From Gemmatimonadales bacterium (lineage in GTDB: Bacteria; Gemmatimonadota; Gemmatimonadetes; Gemmatimonadales; GWC2-71-9), in the NCBI GenBank assembly GCA_039794085.1, contig JBDIWC010000067.1, forward strand, positions 1-18,078: a stretch of 18,078 nt of DNA, written 5' to 3'. Under the pieces are notes generated by a model that saw only the letters and a list, made by a program, of their open reading frames with translations, was not told the DNA's origin and did no database searches. Both the position numbers and the translations under genes were made by a program. Positions 1-5,323 of the stretch are shown in pieces (within the stretch, counting starts at the first letter, position 1; each line of letters begins with the position of its first letter).

Positions 1-10
1 TGAAGAGCCC

Positions 11-120
11 CAAGTGGGATGCCGTCACAGACGCCGTCACACGCACGGCCGGAGCGGGTGTCCGGGGGGCGCCCCAAATATTGTTGCCGTTTTGTGTTCA
101 ATCTTGTCCGTAAGGGACTA
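11..120 (+). repeat. Left copy of a ~110-bp diverged direct repeat (partner 17836-17945); possible MITE/IS end
   Basis: 81-120 is identical to 17906-17945 (TTGTTGCCGTTTTGTGTTCAATCTTGTCCGTAAGGGACTA). The ungapped alignment extends left to position 11 with 18 mismatches in 110 nt by hand count. Confidence 0.85.
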
Positions 121-140
121 TGTCCTACGTCCTTCTGTCC
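118..140. repeat. Short heptamer array of the TCCTAYG type
   Basis: CTATG TCCTACG TCCTTCTG TCC, the same family as 16272-16313. Confidence 0.6.
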
Positions 141-233
141 CCCTCCTTCCGCCGTTTGCGGCACCGGGACCCGGCCTGCGATGATTTGGTTACGTCGTGC
201 GGAGGGCCCGAGGGCACATTCTGGCATGACCCC

Positions 234-263
234 TTGCATTCCCTCTCTCGCCGAGCGTAGCGT
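234..263 (+). promoter_or_regulatory. Possible sigma-70 promoter giving a leaderless Uma2 mRNA
   Basis: TTGCAT (234-239), 18-nt spacer, TAGCGT (258-263). The ATG at 270 lies 6 nt downstream and there is no Shine-Dalgarno sequence. Confidence 0.35.
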
Positions 264-269
264 ATGGGT

Positions 270-830
270 ATGCCGAAGCTGCTCGAACCGTGGACTCGCG
301 AACAGGTCCTGGCTCTGCCGGAAGATGGGATGCGTCACGAGCTGGTGGACGGAGTCCTGCTGGTGAGCCCGAGTCCTCGACCGCTTCACCAGGTGGGTGT
401 GTGGACGCTGAACCGGATCCTCGACGCCTGGGTCCGGAAGCATCGCCTTGGGCTCACGGGTCTTGCCCCGTGTGATCTGGACCTCCGCAGTGGCCAGCTC
501 CTGCAACCGGACCTCTTCGTGATCCCGCTCGATGACCGAAAGGTCCCCCACAGATGGGACGAGTTCGGCATCCCCACCCTGGTGGCGGAGGTGGTGTCCC
601 CCTCCACGGCCCGGCAGGACCGGGGCATGAAGCGGGTCCGGTACCAGCGCTCCGGAGTGGACGAGTACTGGATCGTCGATCTCGACACCCGCACGGTGGA
701 GCGCTGGCGCCCAGGAAGCGAGCGCCCGGAGGTGTTCCGTACCACGATTGCGTGGCGCCCTCCCGGAGCCAGCGACCCCCTTCGGATCGATCTCTTGGCG
801 TATTTCGCGGAGGTCTGGGGCGAGGTTTGA
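270..830 (+). CDS. Uma2 (DUF820) family PD-(D/E)XK-like endonuclease
   Basis: Family motifs: W-T-x-E...LPEDGMRHELVDG-L-VSPSP-PLHQ, QPDL, LVAEVVSPST...DR..K...YQRSGVDEYWIVD. The start is either 264 or 270. Confidence 0.92.
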   Translation: MPKLLEPWTREQVLALPEDGMRHELVDGVLLVSPSPRPLHQVGVWTLNRILDAWVRKHRLGLTGLAPCDLDLRSGQLLQPDLFVIPLDDRKVPHRWDEFGIPTLVAEVVSPSTARQDRGMKRVRYQRSGVDEYWIVDLDTRTVERWRPGSERPEVFRTTIAWRPPGASDPLRIDLLAYFAEVWGEV

Positions 831-834
831 GGGA

Positions 835-940
835 TCAATGAGCAATGATCAATGATCAGGGAACAATGATCAGGGAATAATGATCTTCACCCAGGATTCC
901 CTTATTGTTCATTGTTCACTGTTCATTGGTCATTGTTCAC
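835..940. repeat. Inverted pair of heptamer arrays (NCAATGA-type x7 and TCATTGT-type x5.5) forming a long imperfect hairpin
   Basis: 835-885: tcaatga gcaatga tcaatga tcaggga acaatga tcaggga ataatga tc. 902-940: ttattgt tcattgt tcactgt tcattgg tcattgt tcac. Confidence 0.9.
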
Positions 941-1031
941 CGGTCGGGGCTATCTTACGGGATCGCCCACGCAGTGGTGCCTCCCGGATGGGGTGGCAGG
1001 CTGTGTTTCACCCTCGCCGAGGAGACGCCCG

Positions 1032-1232
1032 GTGGCACGACCCAACTACCAGTTTGCCAAGCGCCAGAAGGACCTGGAGAAGAAGCGCAAGAAGGAAGAG
1101 AAGCGTCAGAAGAAGCTGGAGCGGTCCCGGGCCGCCGCCGATGGCACGGGCGAGCCTGACGGATCGGAGGAGGAAACTGAGGACTCCTCAGAGGATCAGG
1201 ACAACACCGAGGACTCTGCGGCCCGGGAATGA
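1032..1232 (+). CDS. Small 66-aa hypothetical protein with a basic coiled N-terminus and acidic tail
   Basis: GTG start after GAGGAG (1019-1024). The sequence MARPNYQFAKRQKDLEKKRKKEEKRQKK resembles a widespread small-protein family, and codon usage is typical for this genome. Confidence 0.85.
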   Translation: MARPNYQFAKRQKDLEKKRKKEEKRQKKLERSRAAADGTGEPDGSEEETEDSSEDQDNTEDSAARE

Positions 1233-1247
1233 ATGGGCGGTGATCCC

Positions 1248-1272
1248 GGGGCGGGAGCGGCACCCGCCCCTT
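1248..1272 (+). terminator. Possible terminator hairpin
   Basis: GGGGCGGG-agcggca-CCCGCCCC, an 8-bp stem 15 nt after the stop codon. The U-tail is weak (TT only). Confidence 0.35.
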
Positions 1273-1382
1273 CAATCGGTGCAACATTCTGCACGGCTGA
1301 ATCGCCACGATGCCATGGGTTTGTCCCGGCCCTGGCGGCGAGACCCGTCGGGGATTCGTTGCGCGTCAAGCACTTGCGACGG

Positions 1383-1398
1383 TGGCACTGAATTCGCT
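1383..1398 (+). promoter_or_regulatory. Sigma-54 (-24/-12) promoter
   Basis: TGGCACTGAATTCGCT matches TGGCAC-N5-TTGCW with correct GG/GC spacing and one mismatch. An IHF-like TCAA-N4-TTG lies at 1366-1376 and the palindrome GTGCA-N6-TGCAC at 1279-1294. Confidence 0.6.
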
Positions 1399-1441
1399 CC
1401 GTAACCAACCGACAACTGAAGTTGATGTCCAACTGATTCAC

Positions 1442-1545
1442 TCGAACCGCCCGATAAGAGCACACCCGGAGTGATCCGGGGCCGCAAAACTGGAGGTCTC
1501 AACTACCCCTTGGGGTTGAGATAGCTCGGTGCCGAAGGCGATCGA
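1442..1545 (+). ncRNA. GEMM-I cyclic dinucleotide riboswitch, A20 variant (candidate GEMM-Ib, 3',3'-cGAMP-sensing)
   Basis: P2: GC-ACA-CCCGGA-[GUGA GNRA loop]-UCCGGG-GCC-GC, followed by AAA. P3: ACUGGAG-GUCUCAAC...GUUGAGAU-AG-CUCGGU, followed by GCCG. P1: CGCC-CG (1448-1453) pairs with CG-AA-GGCG (1533-1540). This matches the GEMM consensus GGCAAAcc-GNRA-ggGaCGCAAA...GGUCU...GAUAGC...UGCC. Confidence 0.88.
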
Positions 1546-1662
1546 CCCTCGCGGAGCGTGATGAATTCAGTGGCCCACACCGCATGGTGGGTCCCGGGGT
1601 TCGTTGCGCTCCGCTTCGTTTGTCGATCTGGTGATGCTCGAGATTGGGCGTGGGGAGGCAGG

Positions 1663-2076
1663 ATGAGACCCACGCTATTGCTGTCCCTTCTGGCTCTCGT
1701 GGCCGGGTGCGCCGCTGGAACCGAGCCGTCCTCGCCCTCCGTTCCGGCGGGAGCGGTGGCATTCTCACCCTCCCCTGCCTTCCGGGAGTGGTGGCATACC
1801 ACCGAGCAGTGCGCCGGGCTTTCCGGCAGCTTCGCATCGGTTCAGTGGTTCGTGGTGCCCGGGGTGCAGACCTTCGATCCCGGCACGGGGAACCCGGTGG
1901 TGGGAATGTGGTCCCGCGACGGGAGCCGGAGCCGCATCACCCTGGCCGGGGCCTGGCAGCACTCGGAATTCGTGGCGAGGCACGAGATGCTTCACGCCCT
2001 GATCGGCCAGTCGGGACACCCCGCCCTCTATTTCGAGACCCGGTGCGGGCTGACTTGGGGTCTGTGGGAAGTGTGA
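1663..2076 (+). CDS. Small (137 aa) lipoprotein with an HExxH zincin-like motif
   Basis: ATG after GGGAGG. Signal peptide MRPTLLLSLLALVAG|C with lipobox, HEMLH followed by a further His (SGHP), and two extra Cys that could form a disulfide. Confidence 0.8.
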   Translation: MRPTLLLSLLALVAGCAAGTEPSSPSVPAGAVAFSPSPAFREWWHTTEQCAGLSGSFASVQWFVVPGVQTFDPGTGNPVVGMWSRDGSRSRITLAGAWQHSEFVARHEMLHALIGQSGHPALYFETRCGLTWGLWEV

Positions 2077-2106
2077 CGTGTGAAGTTTGACGCGTGGAGT
2101 TCGAAC
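2068..2106 (+). repeat. Heptamer array (GAAGTNN type) containing the lipoprotein stop codon
   Basis: gaagtgt gacgtgt gaagttt gacgcgt ggagttc gaac. Confidence 0.75.
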
Positions 2107-2115
2107 GGGGATGTT

Positions 2116-2299
2116 GTCATCGCGAGGGCCCGCAGGGCCCGTGGCGATCTCGTGAACCGATGCCGATTTGACGAGACGCAAAATCGGCCATCACGCCGGA
2201 GCCGGACGGCTGATCCTGGCATGAAGGCCGGCGATCCTCATCCCGAGCCATCCTCCGCTCACGGGATCGCCACGGCGGCATTCGCCACCTCGCGATGAC
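2116..2299. repeat. REPIN-like inverted doublet of GTCA-headed REP elements
   Basis: 2116-2151 reads GTCATCGCGAGG-gcccgcagggc-CCGTGGCGATCtc. The reverse complement of 2263-2299 reads GTCATCGCGAGG-tggcgaatgccg-CCGTGGCGATCcc. Confidence 0.88.
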
Positions 2300-2311
2300 G
2301 GTATCTCCATC

Positions 2312-2346
2312 ACACTTCGAACTTCACACTTCGAACTTCAAACTTC
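2312..2346 (-). repeat. Heptamer array (GAAGTNN on the minus strand) abutting the DUF819 stop codon
   Basis: acacttc gaacttc acacttc gaacttc aaacttc. Confidence 0.9.
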
Positions 2347-2347
2347 C

Positions 2348-3493
2348 CTATTCCAGCCACTTCGTCACCCCCACCCCGATGAAGGTTCCGATCGCGTTGC
2401 CGAACGATCCGCAGAGAATCCCCGGCGTGATCAGTTCGTGCCAGCCGCGGGCGGCGGCGATCGGCCCCGCGGACGACGACCCGCCCACGCACGCGTTGCT
2501 CGCAATGATCAGCTCGGCCAGATCGAACCGGAGCAGGCCGCCTGCGCCGACGGTGACTCCCATGTGCACCGTCACGATGATCAGCGCAAAGGCGGTGATC
2601 GGGAGCGCCGACCCGAGCATGGCGCCGACATCGGCGGTGGCCCCCATGACAAAGAGGAAGATGTAGATCCCGATCATGCCGAGCTCCATGTGCCCGGTGA
2701 GGTGGCCGGTCAGGCGGGGTGCGAGATTGGCAGGGGCCAGGGCGAGGAGGGAGATGAAGAGGATTCCGAATCCGTCCAGCCCCGTGAGGTCCGCGAGCCA
2801 GAATCCCAGGGCACTGATCGCGAAAGCCAGGGCGAGGGCCAGACCCACCGAGAACACCCGGAAGGGGATGATGGGGCGCTCCGTGTGCCGGACGGTTTCC
2901 TCGCGGAACTCCGCCTCCTCCCGGTCGACGATCGCCGAGGGGATGCGACGGCGCAACCAGAGGAGAGAGGGGAGTGCCATCACGCCGATGATGTAGAGTG
3001 CCGTGACGATGTTGTCGGCCGCGACACTCGCCGCCATGCTGCTCCCGTTGTCGAATCCGGTGGCCTGGGCCACGGCCACGAAGTTGAGGCCTCCCCCGAT
3101 GTAGGTGGAGGCGAAGACTCCGGCCAGCGCCGGGGCGTCGGGACCGAGGGGAATCAAACGAATGGCGACCAACGCACCCAGGACCGTGCCCACCGTTCCG
3201 ATGCCGAAGGCCAGGAGCATTCGCCCCGTGTCCCGGAAGATCCGGCGCAGGTTGGCATCAAAGAGGAGCAGCGGGATGGAGATGGGCACGACATAGGTGA
3301 GGACTGTGTCATACGTGGCGCTGGCCCGGGGGATGATGCGCAGGTTGGACAGCACCATCGCCAGGAGGATGGCCACGAGCACACCCGACCGTCGGTGTCC
3401 CCAGCGGGTGTGCTCCGCCCAGGCCGCAAACGCCGCCCCGGCAAAGAGGACCGCCCACATGACGAAGCCGTTGTCGGCCGGGAAGAGCGGCAT
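2348..3493 (-). CDS. DUF819 family multi-pass membrane protein (putative transporter)
   Basis: About 10-11 hydrophobic segments with motifs PISIPLLLFDANLRRI, STYIGGGLNFVAV, AADN and IASNACVGG..A..AAARGW..L..PGIL.G..G.AIGT. The start is placed at MPLFPADN. Confidence 0.9.
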   Translation of the reverse strand: MPLFPADNGFVMWAVLFAGAAFAAWAEHTRWGHRRSGVLVAILLAMVLSNLRIIPRASATYDTVLTYVVPISIPLLLFDANLRRIFRDTGRMLLAFGIGTVGTVLGALVAIRLIPLGPDAPALAGVFASTYIGGGLNFVAVAQATGFDNGSSMAASVAADNIVTALYIIGVMALPSLLWLRRRIPSAIVDREEAEFREETVRHTERPIIPFRVFSVGLALALAFAISALGFWLADLTGLDGFGILFISLLALAPANLAPRLTGHLTGHMELGMIGIYIFLFVMGATADVGAMLGSALPITAFALIIVTVHMGVTVGAGGLLRFDLAELIIASNACVGGSSSAGPIAAARGWHELITPGILCGSFGNAIGTFIGVGVTKWLE

Positions 3494-3586
3494 CAGGCTG
3501 GTGTCCGCAAACGGGGGATGGAGTGGGTGTGGGACGGACCTTCCCATGATACCGTCCTCCCGCTGACACGGCAATGTGCTCGCCAC

Positions 3587-3615
3587 TTGCCCCTGACACG
3601 GCCCCGCCGTACGCT
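3587..3615 (+). promoter_or_regulatory. Possible sigma-70 promoter of the MBL gene, overlapping a 10-bp direct repeat
   Basis: TTGCCC-17 nt-TACGCT. CTGACACGGC occurs at 3563-3572 and 3593-3602. Confidence 0.35.
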
Positions 3616-3670
3616 TAGCGGAATCAAGCCCGCACTGTTCCCGGACGTCTCCCTCTCTCCCAGGTTTTTC

Positions 3671-5158
3671 ATGCACCCTGCCCTCCCCCTTTCGCTTCTC
3701 GTGCTGACCACCCTGTCCTGCACGCCCGCCGGATCCCCACCTCCCGAGCCCAACACCTCACCCTCGGAGCTCGTCGCGCGGGCTGTCGACGCGATGGGTG
3801 GTGCGGAGGCGATCCGGAGCGCCGTGACGACCGCCGAGTTCAACCGGGCCACCTTCGCTCTGGGCCAGGAGGAGACCCCGTTGTCGCCACCCCGTGCCAC
3901 CGTCGCCTTCGGGACTCTCACCGTCGACTGGGCGGGTGGACGCCGATCCCTCACTCAGGAGAGCCGGGCGGTGAACGGCACCGTCACCCGGCAGCGTCAG
4001 GTCATCTCCGATCGAATCGGGATGAACGAGGTGAACGGCAACTCCAACCCGATGCCACCCGGATTCGTGGCGGGGCAGCTTCGGACCCTGGAGACGGAGC
4101 CCCACCGCGTTCTTCTCGCCGTGCAGGAGGCACCGGATGAAGCCACCCCGCTACCGGCTCAGGAGTGGCGGGGGGAGTTGATGGATGGCATCCGGACTCA
4201 GGTGGGAGGCGACGACATGGAACTCTGGTTTGACCGGGTAACGGGACTGCCGGTGGTGGCCGTGACGGTGACCGATGACGGTGTTCTCGGAGACCGGGCC
4301 ACGGAGACCTGGTACACCCGCTGGCGTGCCGCCGATGGGCCCACGGCGATCACCCTTCCCTGGCAGACCGACGTGATGGTGAACGGACGCCTCGCCTCAC
4401 ACACCATCGTTACCGCGTTGCGAACCGATCCACCGGAGGCCGCTGCGTTCGCGATCCCGGAGGCGATCCGGCAGCAAGCCACTCCCGCACCGGAGGACGT
4501 GCCGGCCTCTCCTCCCGCCGTCACCGTAACCCTGGTGGAACTGGCACCGGGTGTGTGGCGAGCCGAGGGTGGGAGCCACCATTCCCTCGTCGTGGATCAG
4601 GGAGACGGGCTCCTCGTTGTCGAGGCGCCCCAGAACGCCGTGCGGTCCACCGCGGTACTCGACACCCTCGCCGCCCGCTTCCCGGACAAGCCGGTGAAGG
4701 CGGTGGTCAACAGCCATCATCATTGGGACCATTCCGGCGGGGTGCGCGGAGTTCTGGCCCGGGGGGTTCCGGTGATCACCCACGTGCGCAACGTCGCGTT
4801 CCTGGAGGGAATCGGACAGAGTCACAAGTCGGTGGCGCCCGACGCCCTCGACGAGGGAAGCCCGCTCCCCGCCATCACCGGCGTCACCGACACCGTCCTG
4901 ACGGGTGCCAGTGGCCCGGCCGTGCATCTCCTTTCCCTGCCCACGACGCACGTCGAAGGTATTCTCGCGGCGTGGGTTCCCGACGCGAAGCTGCTGTTCG
5001 TGGTGGACGTCGTGAGTCCTGGTGCCACCCTGCCCGCGCTCGGCAGCGCCGAAGTCGAGGCCTTGCTCACGGCGCGGGGTCTCGACGCCGAACGAATCAT
5101 CGGGGGACATGGCGGCATTGCGAGCCGGGCCGACCTCCAGGCGGCGGCACAGCGATGA
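3671..5158 (+). CDS. MBL-fold metallo-hydrolase lipoprotein
   Basis: Signal peptide and lipobox MHPALPLSLLVLTTLS|C. C-terminal MBL domain with NSHHHWDHSGG, THVEG, VVDV and GGHG, preceded by a beta-rich N-terminal domain. Confidence 0.9.
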   Translation: MHPALPLSLLVLTTLSCTPAGSPPPEPNTSPSELVARAVDAMGGAEAIRSAVTTAEFNRATFALGQEETPLSPPRATVAFGTLTVDWAGGRRSLTQESRAVNGTVTRQRQVISDRIGMNEVNGNSNPMPPGFVAGQLRTLETEPHRVLLAVQEAPDEATPLPAQEWRGELMDGIRTQVGGDDMELWFDRVTGLPVVAVTVTDDGVLGDRATETWYTRWRAADGPTAITLPWQTDVMVNGRLASHTIVTALRTDPPEAAAFAIPEAIRQQATPAPEDVPASPPAVTVTLVELAPGVWRAEGGSHHSLVVDQGDGLLVVEAPQNAVRSTAVLDTLAARFPDKPVKAVVNSHHHWDHSGGVRGVLARGVPVITHVRNVAFLEGIGQSHKSVAPDALDEGSPLPAITGVTDTVLTGASGPAVHLLSLPTTHVEGILAAWVPDAKLLFVVDVVSPGATLPALGSAEVEALLTARGLDAERIIGGHGGIASRADLQAAAQR

Positions 5159-5160
5159 AT

Positions 5161-5220
5161 GTAGGCGGTAGGCGGTAGGCGGTAGGGAAGTGCGAAGTGT
5201 GAAGTGTGAAGTCTGAAGTG
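5161..5220 (+). repeat. Two fused heptamer arrays, (GTAGGCG)x3.7 and (GAAGTNN)x5
   Basis: gtaggcg gtaggcg gtaggcg gtagg, then gaagtgc gaagtgt gaagtgt gaagtct gaagtg. The array begins 2 nt after the MBL stop codon. Confidence 0.92.
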
Positions 5221-5245
5221 GACCCCGGCGTTCGCCGGGGTGACG
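5220..5245 (-). repeat. GTCA-headed REP palindrome (partner 16235-16260)
   Basis: GGACCCCGGCGTTCGCCGGGGTGACG, 24/26 identical to 16235-16260. Confidence 0.85.
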
Positions 5246-5274
5246 CTCCGATATGCCGTCGGAATTCCGATTCC

Positions 5275-5302
5275 CTTCGTGGCTTCGTGTCTTCGTGTGA
5301 GA
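5275..5302 (-). repeat. Octamer element TCA-(CACGAAGN)3, reverse orientation
   Basis: cttcgtgg cttcgtgt cttcgtg tgaga. Confidence 0.9.
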
Positions 5303-5323
5303 CAGTACGCGCCGCCCGCAGTC

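Noticed and set aside
2438..3670. N-terminal 411 aa of the 906-aa ORF, read as a fusion protein
   Set aside because: This is the antisense shadow of DUF819. The real protein starts at 3671 with a lipoprotein signal.
5161..5186. GTAG-family REP or G-quadruplex
   Set aside because: No palindrome follows the GTAG and the G-runs are mostly only two long. A heptamer array explains it better.
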